Positions 27,815 to 35,711 of a stretch of DNA of 64,000 nt are shown here, in pieces. Made by a program: the position numbers and the translations under genes. Below the pieces are notes generated by a model. That model did no database searches and was not told the origin of the DNA. It saw nothing but the letters and a program-made list of their open reading frames with translations. Numbering within the stretch: the stretch's first letter is position 1; the number at the start of each line of letters is the position of its first letter. The stretch is from Candidatus Obscuribacterales bacterium (GTDB lineage: Bacteria > Cyanobacteriota > Vampirovibrionia > Obscuribacterales > Obscuribacteraceae), in the NCBI GenBank assembly GCA_019745415.1, contig JAIETF010000009.1, positions 64,503-128,502 of the forward strand, written 5' to 3'.

Positions 27815-28372
27815 CTAGGCCTCAGAGGCAAGCAGAGGCACCTGCTTTGACAACCTTCCGGGCTTTCCAAAAATCATCATCTCACGGGCTGCTTCAACAA
27901 CCTCACGGGTTACCTCTCTAACAACGTCTTCGTTGATTTTCAGAATCTTTGCAATCATAGAGAACAGGTTTACCAGCCCTCTCAGAACACCCTGTGTGTA
28001 CCAGTGAATTAGCTTATACACCTCTTCTGGAGGCTTTGGAAGCCCCATTATTTCAAGCGGTTTGTCAATGAACTGGTTCGTCTCTGCTTCGCTAAGCGGC
28101 TTCAATTCTTCCACCTTAGAGACCCGGACGGAGAAGAGCCACATGCGGCTTAAGGCTCTCTCAAAGCCTGGGTCAGCCATAAGCAAGGTCCCGTCATCCC
28201 ACTCTTCCTTTATGTCTCGCAACTGTTCCAGCGCCTGATACTTCAGACTGAAGGCTTCGTCAACCACTATGAGCTTCACGTGCTGATTCTGAATCTCCTT
28301 AGCCCAATCTGCCGGACGGTACCAGTTTACTGCCTTTAGATAGGCGTTGTAAGTTTCAGAATTAAATGGCAC
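27815..28372 (-). pseudogene. N-terminally truncated AAA+ ATPase of the TniB / ExeA (transposition-helper) type; mobile-element remnant
   Basis: Walker B KLIVVDEA lies only about 35 aa from the GTG start and no Walker A is present. The downstream pattern (LEQLRD..., LKPLSEAETNQFI, GVLRGLVNLFSMIAKI) fits this family. No transposase gene is adjacent. Confidence 0.5.
28348..28372. repeat. 25-bp direct repeat, copy B (overlaps the first codons of the ATPase fragment)
   Basis: tgtaagtttcagaattaaatggcac. Confidence 0.65.
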
Positions 28373-28882
28373 GGACCCTCTGTGACTATGATGTCTTAAA
28401 CAAGTCCGGGGAAAAGTTTACTGTAGCCCTGGAACAAAACAGCTAGAGCTTGCAAATCCATTCAATAAGCCATGTAAGGCTGAAGAATCAAAAATAAAAC
28501 AGTCAATAAGCAAGCTTTCGAATGTAACGGACCTCTTACTACTATGCCGACTTCTTCATGCTGTCAATCCGGACGTATGCGAATTGGAAAATAGAGCAAT
28601 CTACAAACGAGTAGAATTCGCAGAGTATGTGGTGGCTCGCAATCTTTCCCAAAGATCTGACACTCTATCTAAAGAAGGACTAAAGATGATCAAGGCATAT
28701 CACAAAGAGAACGCGACCTTTTCTCTCACGCTGGACGAACTCATTGCAATACAGCAGAAGGCAAAATAGCTTTAGCCTCAAAGCCGACCTAAAAAATCGA
28801 GCTTCGCCACACAGGTTGGAATCAAGTAGTTCAAGCGGCAATCCATAGATATTTGATGATAGATACACGCCCTAATCAACTA

Positions 28883-28920
28883 CACCTGTTGCCACACTCT
28901 CGATTGTCTGGCAACAGGTG
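28883..28920. repeat. Perfect 11-bp inverted repeat with 16-nt spacer in an ORF-poor region
   Basis: cacctgttgcc-N16-ggcaacaggtg. No flanking T-tract on either strand. Confidence 0.5.
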
Positions 28921-29046
28921 ATAGCTTAAAAACGCACCGCTCATGCGATATGACCGCTCGACGGCGTGAACGAAGAATAGAAGTATATATAACACTAAAG
29001 GTCACAAGCCGCCATAGCAACCGAAAGTTCTACCCCAAGCGATTCC

Positions 29047-29328
29047 TCAGCGCGAAAGCAACTGCGCCGTATCGAGTATCGAAAACACGGCGATAACGAC
29101 TAGATTAATGGCTACGAGCAACAAAAGCGTCTTCTTCTGGACCAAGAAAGACCGATTGAAGCCTAAGTTCTTTACCATCAAAAGAATACAGAGTACGACC
29201 AGAAGACTTATGTTGACTCCAAAGAACTCCCAGGGAAGGACCTTTGGATAAGCCAAATACAGACACCATGAAAAACCCAAAGCCAAAAGAAAATACATGC
29301 TGGCTTTGAAGTCATCTTTCATTGGCAT
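29047..29328 (-). CDS. Hypothetical small membrane protein (3 TM)
   Basis: 93-aa ORF with an ATG start and three hydrophobic helices. Confidence 0.4.
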   Translation of the reverse strand: MPMKDDFKASMYFLLALGFSWCLYLAYPKVLPWEFFGVNISLLVVLCILLMVKNLGFNRSFLVQKKTLLLLVAINLVVIAVFSILDTAQLLSR

Positions 29329-29471
29329 GTCTCACTTCTCAGCTCGGTAGAAAACACTACAGTCTAGTTTAAAGGTCTCAAATAATTATCTTATCTCAGC
29401 CATCTCGGTCCAGCCTCCCAAACGGCAAAACTGGCGGCGACAACTGCTAAAACAGAAACCTTTGCCCCCTA

Positions 29472-30731
29472 TCAACTCCACCCCAAACTCTCAGCCAAGC
29501 GACAAAGTTCAAGATCTTGACCAGGCAAGGCAAGCAAGCCGAGCGGAAAATCCAAGTGCCCGAGAACTAGTTCGGGAAAACCAAGAAAAGAACCGGGAGA
29601 GTTAAGCAGAAGATTCTTGCGCCGATTGTCGAAAAGTTCGCGGTCAGAAGCGTTCAACAAGGGCGGCAAATCACACACCACTGGCAATACCATTACCGTG
29701 ACGCAAGGCAAGCCATTGTGGCGAGTTTCTCGTATGCCTTCCGCCTGCAGCCAAGCTATAGTCTCACTTATGATCGCTTCTCGTCTTGCTTGCCCTTCTC
29801 TGTACTGCGCTTCTGTGATTGTCGCCCCAGCCAGCAAACGCTCGGCTATGGCAGGCGAGAGAGCCGGTTTGCTCTCTCTAAACCACTTTCCATAGTGCTG
29901 CCAAGCTTCATAGCCGCGCATTACAGCAAACAATCCCACCATCTCTTCTAAATCGTAAGGCGGCTCTACAAACTTTCCAAGATCAAAAGCGGCAGCAAGC
30001 GAAGAGTCAAAACGCGCTTGATTGGCTGCATCTAATAGCCGGCGAGCCGATGCATCAACCAAAACCATTAGTTCTTCTCTCTTCGCCAACACATTTCCTG
30101 ACGCATCATCGGGCGACTTATCAAATTCGCACCCTGAGCTTACACCCAGCAAGACAGAAAGCACTCGTGTCAATACTTGGGCTTGACGGGAAAATATGCC
30201 GACAGCGTCAAATGTCTCACCTAAAGGCAAAACCCCGTCCTTACTCAAAAGACCGTGGCTGCTGCGCAAACCGTAGGTGCCGCAATATGCTGCCGGCACA
30301 CGCACCGAGCCCGAGGTATCGGTACCGATGGCGAAATCAGCGTGTCCGGCGCCCACCACCGAGGCTGAACCGCTGGAAGATCCGCCGGGAATTCTCTCAG
30401 GATAGCGGGGATTGACCGGAGTACCATAAAAGGCATTTATCCCATCCATACTAAGGGTGAGCTCATCGCAAATAGTTGTGCCGACCAGTTCGGCTGCCGC
30501 ATCAAGCACTTTCTGCACACAGTCTGCATGGGCTTGCGCCGGGCTCTGCATGTTAGCCCAGAAAGGCGAGCCAAAACCAGCAACCATTCCCTGCACTGCT
30601 ATGTTGTCTTTGACTGCAAAAGTCAAATCTTGAAGAGCTCCGCTTGCAGCATTCTTAAGATGCAGCCTTTGCACGAAGCCGTCGCTTCTGTCGTTACCTG
30701 CTTTTGATTGCTTATCTAAGTCGGTCGCCAT
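29472..30731 (-). CDS. Amidase-signature family amidase
   Basis: GGSSSGSASVVGAGHADFAIGTDTSGSVRVPAAYCG is the canonical AS motif with the Ser-cisSer-Lys context. Confidence 0.85.
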   Translation of the reverse strand: MATDLDKQSKAGNDRSDGFVQRLHLKNAASGALQDLTFAVKDNIAVQGMVAGFGSPFWANMQSPAQAHADCVQKVLDAAAELVGTTICDELTLSMDGINAFYGTPVNPRYPERIPGGSSSGSASVVGAGHADFAIGTDTSGSVRVPAAYCGTYGLRSSHGLLSKDGVLPLGETFDAVGIFSRQAQVLTRVLSVLLGVSSGCEFDKSPDDASGNVLAKREELMVLVDASARRLLDAANQARFDSSLAAAFDLGKFVEPPYDLEEMVGLFAVMRGYEAWQHYGKWFRESKPALSPAIAERLLAGATITEAQYREGQARREAIISETIAWLQAEGIRETRHNGLPCVTVMVLPVVCDLPPLLNASDRELFDNRRKNLLLNSPGSFLGFPELVLGHLDFPLGLLALPGQDLELCRLAESLGWS

Positions 30732-30772
30732 AAATTAGTTAAACTGAGCTCGCAATAATTCGTTTTACTTTG

Positions 30773-30801
30773 TTGACACAAAATGTCTTTGCCATTTTAC
30801 T
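30773..30801 (+). promoter_or_regulatory. Candidate sigma70-type promoter for the arg leader (TTGACA-17 nt-TTTACT)
   Basis: Perfect -35 at 30773-30778 and a weak -10 at 30796-30801. This would place the TSS near the leader ATG, implying a leaderless leader ORF. Confidence 0.25.
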
Positions 30802-30807
30802 AAGCTT

Positions 30808-30858
30808 ATGCTCAAAACAGTTAATACCGTTAGCCGTCGTCGCCGCGAGTTCAATTGA
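30808..30858 (+). CDS. Candidate arg operon leader peptide (16 aa, four consecutive Arg codons)
   Basis: ATG CTC AAA ACA GTT AAT ACC GTT AGC CGT CGT CGC CGC GAG TTC AAT TGA = MLKTVNTVSRRRREFN*. No clear SD. Confidence 0.55.
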   Translation: MLKTVNTVSRRRREFN

Positions 30859-30860
30859 AC

Positions 30861-30902
30861 CCGAGGGATTAGCGGCTTGCAGCAAGATCATTAAATCCCC
30901 GG
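30861..30902 (+). promoter_or_regulatory. Candidate antiterminator pairing (segment 2 with segment 3)
   Basis: CCGAGGGATT (30861-30870) equals the terminator 3' arm CCGGGGATT plus one extra A, so it can pair with AATCCCCGG (30894-30902). Confidence 0.55.
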
Positions 30903-30923
30903 ATGCACCGGGGATTTTTTTTT
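30893..30923 (+). terminator. Intrinsic terminator 22 nt upstream of the argF ATG (attenuator terminator)
   Basis: AAATCCCCGG / loop ATGCA / CCGGGGATTT, followed by a run of 9 T. There is no upstream plus-strand gene for it to terminate. Confidence 0.75.
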
Positions 30924-30945
30924 AGCGCAATACAAGGAACAAAGA

Positions 30946-31977
30946 ATGGACCTAGCAGCAGAAATAACTAAGTTTGACGCCAATAAGCTCAACAGTAATA
31001 AGCCTCAGCGTATGGCAAAGCCGGACGGTCCATCAGCCCTAGAATATGTACTATATGAACAGAGCTTGCGGGGCAAAGATATAATCGGCATCGAGCATCT
31101 CAATGCTCAAGAGCTGATGCTTATTTTAGACCTGGCGGCAAAACTAAAGGCTAATAAGTTCGACGAGACTCAGACTCTTTTCGGCAAGGGTCAAACCTTG
31201 GCTATGCTCTTTGAGAAACCATCACTGCGCACCAGAGTCACCTTTGAAGCCGGTATGACTCAGCTGGGCGGACACGCCATCTATTTGGAAGGCAAGTTGG
31301 GCGAGCGCGAAGCGATAAACGATATCGGCAAAAATCTAGAGCGCTGGGTAGACGCAGTCATGGCCCGCACTTTCGCCCACGAAACGGTGATCAGCTTGGC
31401 CGCCAATGCCAATATTCCAGTCATCAACGGGCTTTCCGACAAAGAGCATCCCTGCCAAGCTCTGGCAGACTTTCAAACAATTATCGAGCACAAAGGCAAA
31501 CTCAAAGGCATCAAACTTGCCTATGTGGGCGATTCCAACAATGTTTCCAACTCGCTGCTCTTTACTGCAGCGACACTGGGCACCGACTTTGCCATGGCTT
31601 GTCCCCATAAATATGAACCACAAGCCTCGGTCTGGATGAAAGCTCTTGAGCTGGCAGGAAAATCGGGCGCCAAGCTCAGTTTAACTGCTGATCCGGCGGC
31701 GGCGGTAGCTGATGCCGACGCTGTCTATACCGATGTTTGGACATCAATGGGGCAAGAAGCCGAGGCGAAAGAAAGAGAAAGTATCTTTGCCCCCTATCAG
31801 CTCAACAGCAATCTTTTGAAAGCTGCTAAGCCTGACCATATAGTTATGCACTGCCTGCCCGCCCATCGCGGACTAGAAATCACCGACGAGGTCATAGACG
31901 GACCCAATTCGGTTGTTTTTGATCAAGCAGAAAACCGACTGCATGCCCAGAAAGCCATTATGGCTCTGATTATGTAA
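30946..31977 (+). CDS. argF: Ornithine carbamoyltransferase
   Basis: Motifs SLRTRVTFE, HPCQALAD, DVWTSMG and HCLPAHRG. AAGGA upstream of the ATG. About 35-aa N-terminal extension relative to typical OTCases. Confidence 0.9.
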   Translation: MDLAAEITKFDANKLNSNKPQRMAKPDGPSALEYVLYEQSLRGKDIIGIEHLNAQELMLILDLAAKLKANKFDETQTLFGKGQTLAMLFEKPSLRTRVTFEAGMTQLGGHAIYLEGKLGEREAINDIGKNLERWVDAVMARTFAHETVISLAANANIPVINGLSDKEHPCQALADFQTIIEHKGKLKGIKLAYVGDSNNVSNSLLFTAATLGTDFAMACPHKYEPQASVWMKALELAGKSGAKLSLTADPAAAVADADAVYTDVWTSMGQEAEAKERESIFAPYQLNSNLLKAAKPDHIVMHCLPAHRGLEITDEVIDGPNSVVFDQAENRLHAQKAIMALIM

Positions 31978-32027
31978 GCAAAAATTTTCCCTTTATTTAA
32001 ATCTGTACATTGAGCGAGGTCATACAA

Positions 32028-33248
32028 ATGAAAAAAATTCTTCTAGCATACAGCGGCGGGCTTGATACAAGCTGCATTCTCACCTGGCTCAAAGAAAAGT
32101 ACCAAGTGCCAATCGTGGCTTATCTAGCCGATGTAGGTCAAGAAGAAGACTTTGACAAAGTAATCGAGAAAGCCCACAAGACAGGCGCAGAAAAATGCAT
32201 TATCGATGATCTAAAGGCCGACTTCGCTCAAAACTTTATCTTTCCTTCTATCAAAGCCAATGCCGTCTATGAGCTGGTTTATCTGATGGGTACATCGCTG
32301 GCCCGCCCTTGCATAGCCAAAGGTATGGTGGAAGCAGCTCTTAGAGAAGGCTGCGACACTATCGCCCACGGCGCCACAGGCAAAGGCAACGATCAAGTAC
32401 GTTTTGAACTAGCCATCAAAAGTCTTGCCCCTCAACTAAACGTAATCGCGCCCTGGCGCGAATGGGAATTTCAAGGCAGAAGCGATCTCTTCGCCTATGC
32501 AGAAAAGCACGGTATTCCCTTGCCTGTAACCAAAGACAAACCCTATTCTATAGACGCCAATCTAATGCATATTAGCTATGAAGGCGGCATTCTTGAAGAC
32601 CCTTGGGCAGAAGCGCCGGAAGACATTTATATGTGGACGAAAAATCCAGAAGAGGCGCCGGACAAGCCTGAGTTTGTCGAGATAGAATTTGACGCCGGTT
32701 GCCCAGTGGCCATCAACGGCGAGAAATTAGAACCGGCCAAACTAGTGGCAAAAGCCAATGAAATTGCCGCCGCCCATGGGGTTGGTCGTATAGATTTGGT
32801 AGAGAACCGCTACATCGGCATCAAATCTAGAGGTGTTTATGAAACACCAGGGGTGACTATACTGATGCAAGCCCACCAGGCTGTTGAGTCTTTGACTCTA
32901 GATAAAGAAGTGGCCCATCTGAAAGCGAGCTTGATAGGCAAAATAGCCGAATTGACCTATAACGGCTATTGGTTTGCCCCAGAAACAAAACTTTTGCACA
33001 ACCTCATCGAAGAATCACAGAACACTGTCAGCGGCACAGTCAAGCTGAAGCTCTATAAGGGGCATTCGATGGTGGTGGCAAGAAAGTCAGAACAGTCTCT
33101 CTATAGCGAAAAGATGACAAGCTTTGAAAACATGAGCAGCTTCAACCCTGCCGATTCAGGCGGTTTCATCAATATTAGCGGACTAAGACTTTCCACCTGG
33201 AGCAAGAAAAATGGAAGTATTAAGAAAAGCCTTCAGCCAAAAGCTTGA
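32028..33248 (+). CDS. argG: Argininosuccinate synthase
   Basis: AYSGGLDTS and GATGKGNDQVRFE. ATG at 32028 is preceded by GAGG. The ORF opens at TTG 32010. Confidence 0.95.
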   Translation: MKKILLAYSGGLDTSCILTWLKEKYQVPIVAYLADVGQEEDFDKVIEKAHKTGAEKCIIDDLKADFAQNFIFPSIKANAVYELVYLMGTSLARPCIAKGMVEAALREGCDTIAHGATGKGNDQVRFELAIKSLAPQLNVIAPWREWEFQGRSDLFAYAEKHGIPLPVTKDKPYSIDANLMHISYEGGILEDPWAEAPEDIYMWTKNPEEAPDKPEFVEIEFDAGCPVAINGEKLEPAKLVAKANEIAAAHGVGRIDLVENRYIGIKSRGVYETPGVTILMQAHQAVESLTLDKEVAHLKASLIGKIAELTYNGYWFAPETKLLHNLIEESQNTVSGTVKLKLYKGHSMVVARKSEQSLYSEKMTSFENMSSFNPADSGGFINISGLRLSTWSKKNGSIKKSLQPKA

Positions 33249-34575
33249 CCAGGCGCTCACCGAATTTGTCGGCTCGATAGATGCCGATGAATTTCTCGTC
33301 GAAGCCGATATCAGGGGTAGTATCGCCCATGCCACTATGCTTGCCGGCGGCGGTCTCTTGACCGCCGCTCAGGCAGACAATATTGTTGGCGGGCTGCAAA
33401 CAATTCTCGACCTATATAAAGCAGGCGCTTTCAAGCTCAACCCGGCTTTCGAAGACGTGCATATGAATGTCGAGAAGAAACTGCAAGAACTAATTGGTGA
33501 AGATGCCCTCAGGCTGCACACGGCGCGCAGTCGCAATGACCAAGTGGCGCTCGATATTAGACTTTATGCCTTGGGCTGCATCGAAGCCAATCTTAACGAT
33601 ATCAACGAACTGGTGGAAACAATCAAGGTTGTAGCGGCTGAAAATATCGATGCTATTTTGCCGGGCTATACCCATCTACAACGAGCACAACCGGTGCATT
33701 TCGCCCATGCGCTCTTAGCCTTTGTCGAGATGCTCGAAAGAGACAAAGCGAGATTGCAAGATCTAACCAAGCGCGTGGCTGTTTCGCCATTGGGGGCGGG
33801 CGCCCAAGCCGGTACTGGCTTGAATATCAACCCAGCTCTAAGCGCCAAGCTTTTGGGTATGCCATCGCATTTTGCCAATTCAATCGATGCGGTGAGCGAT
33901 CGTGATTTTGTTGCCGAATATCTATTTGTCGCAGCTATGTGCGGCGTGCATTTAAGTCAAATGGCAGAGACATTTATTATCTACGCCAGCAAAGAATTCA
34001 GCTTCATTTCATTCAGCGACGCAGTGACCACGGCCTCAAGCTTGATGCCTCAGAAAAAGAATCCCGACCCAGTGGAGTTAATCAGGGGCAAATGCGGCTC
34101 AATGGTTGGTGAACTGGTCAATATATTGGTCACCTTGAAAGGCTTACCGCTCGGGTACAACCGCGATCTACAAGAGACCAAGCCTCCCTTAATCAAGACA
34201 GCTAAAGAAATAGGCAATTGCCTGCGGGTCATGACCGTGGTTTTGCAATGCCTGAGCGTCAATAAAGAAACAACCCTAAAGGCTGCATATGATGCCGAGA
34301 TGATTAGCACCGACCTGGTGGAGTACTTGGTCAATAAGGGCGTGCCCTTTCGCAAAGCCCACGAAGATATCTCAGCCCTGGTTGCCCACGCGAGAGAAAG
34401 CGGCGTGCCCTTGAATGAACTGAGTCTTTCAGCTTGCCAAACATTCAATCAAGCTTTTGAGAGCGATCTCTTTAAACTATTTGACCCAAAAGGTTCGCTG
34501 CAGGCGAAAACATCGCCCGGCAGCACCGGCACCGAACAAGTCAAAGCGGCTCTCTCTAAAGCTGCTAAAATCTAG
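33211..34575 (+). CDS. argH: Argininosuccinate lyase
   Basis: PGYTHLQRAQP and SSLMPQKKNPD. The N-terminus aligns residue-for-residue with E. coli ArgH as I remember it. Overlaps argG by 38 nt. Confidence 0.95.
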   Translation: MEVLRKAFSQKLDQALTEFVGSIDADEFLVEADIRGSIAHATMLAGGGLLTAAQADNIVGGLQTILDLYKAGAFKLNPAFEDVHMNVEKKLQELIGEDALRLHTARSRNDQVALDIRLYALGCIEANLNDINELVETIKVVAAENIDAILPGYTHLQRAQPVHFAHALLAFVEMLERDKARLQDLTKRVAVSPLGAGAQAGTGLNINPALSAKLLGMPSHFANSIDAVSDRDFVAEYLFVAAMCGVHLSQMAETFIIYASKEFSFISFSDAVTTASSLMPQKKNPDPVELIRGKCGSMVGELVNILVTLKGLPLGYNRDLQETKPPLIKTAKEIGNCLRVMTVVLQCLSVNKETTLKAAYDAEMISTDLVEYLVNKGVPFRKAHEDISALVAHARESGVPLNELSLSACQTFNQAFESDLFKLFDPKGSLQAKTSPGSTGTEQVKAALSKAAKI

Positions 34576-34659
34576 AGATTGTTCAATGCAAATTCGAATT
34601 TTAATGCGAATGCAAAACGAATAAATAGCAATCTAGACAGTTCGGGGCAAGCAAGAGAA

Positions 34660-35301
34660 ATGGCTGAAGAGCACCAGTTAAAAGAAGTACAAAAGCAAGG
34701 CTATGACTGGGATGAACGCTATAAGGTAAAAGACCTGCCTTGGGACACCGGGCTTGTGGCACCTGAATTGAGCGAGTATTATGCGGCGCTGGCGCCGCAA
34801 GAGAAACCGGCGGCGGTTTTGGAAGTAGGTTGCGGCACCGGCACTAACGCCGTCTGGATGGCCCAGCAGGGTGCCAAAGTAAATGCTACTGAAATTGCTC
34901 CCACAGCCTTAGAACAGGCAGTGGCGCGGGCGGCAAGCTTGCAGGTGAAAGTTGATTTCCATTTGCTTGATATTTGCCAGAAAGACCCGGTTGAAGCGGG
35001 CTCACAAGACTTTGTTTTTGACCGCGGCGTCTACCACGTCATTCCCCAAGAAAGCCGCCCTCTCTTTGCTGCCAAACTACATAAAGCGCTTAAGCCCGCA
35101 GGTAGATGGCTTTGTATTGCGGGCTCTAAAGATGAAGCCAGAGAGAACCCCGAAGTAGGACCGCCGCAGCTAAGTGCTCTTGAATTATTGAGCGAAACCG
35201 AACCATTTTTTGAACTAATCAGCCTGGGTCGCACCTACTTTGTGCTGCCTGACGGCAAGAAATATCTAGCCTGGAAAGCCCTTTTTCAAAGACGCAAATA
35301 G
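34660..35301 (+). CDS. Class I SAM-dependent methyltransferase (TPMT/TehB-like)
   Basis: VLEVGCGTGTNAVWMAQQG motif I. ATG at 34660; the ORF opens at TTG 34579, right after the argH stop. Confidence 0.7.
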   Translation: MAEEHQLKEVQKQGYDWDERYKVKDLPWDTGLVAPELSEYYAALAPQEKPAAVLEVGCGTGTNAVWMAQQGAKVNATEIAPTALEQAVARAASLQVKVDFHLLDICQKDPVEAGSQDFVFDRGVYHVIPQESRPLFAAKLHKALKPAGRWLCIAGSKDEARENPEVGPPQLSALELLSETEPFFELISLGRTYFVLPDGKKYLAWKALFQRRK

Positions 35302-35386
35302 AGCCGAGCAGTTTTAATGCTTTTGCTTGTGAGCAAAGACTTACTGCCAAGTCTTAGTATTAATCTGTAAAGCCAAGCTTAAAGCA

Positions 35387-35452
35387 AAGCAAAACGGCAA
35401 TTCCCTTATTCAAGCCCTTAAGAGGGTTATGCTTGGAATTGCCGTTTTGTTT
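35387..35452 (+). terminator. Long hairpin after the arg/methyltransferase operon (terminator-like)
   Basis: aaagcaaaacggcaattcc ... ggaattgccgttttgttt forms an 18-bp stem (one G-U pair) with a 30-nt loop, followed by a T-rich tail. Confidence 0.5.
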
Positions 35453-35711
35453 AGCTTTCGGTGGCAACAACCACCGCAGTGAGAGCTCTAAGTTGGGAAC
35501 GAAATCTTTAGTGTTGCTCGCTATCAGGAGCATCTCTTTTATTCTTAAACTTCCTCTTGAGCGCCTCTCTTAAATCCACGTTTTTATAATAGCGCCGCCG
35601 CCGACATTCAACATCAGCATGAAGACTGATTCAAAATTTAGCTCATAGGTCGTTTTAATCATCCCAAAGGTTGGCATAGGGCTCTAGAAGGCTCCTATAA
35701 AAGAGGTGAAT

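Noticed and set aside
28584-28769. 61-aa plus-strand ORF with a TTG start in the ORF-poor accessory stretch
   Set aside because: It has no ribosome-binding site and a non-ATG start, overlaps an equally weak antisense ORF (28680-28868), and shows no motif. Not reportable as a gene.
30732-30945. Riboswitch or T-box as an alternative explanation for the structured arg leader
   Set aside because: The transcribed leader would be only about 115-140 nt, too short for a T-box. It contains no specifier-loop or T-box sequence that I can see. The Arg-codon mini-ORF explains the terminator/antiterminator geometry more simply.
2652-33248. Genome-wide reassignment of TGA (code 4/25-like) as an explanation for the in-frame TGA at 26983
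   Set aside because: Conserved genes end on TGA at the expected positions: the ABC exporter at 2652-2654, the alpha/beta hydrolase at 13540-13542 and argG at 33246-33248. TGA is therefore a normal stop codon here.
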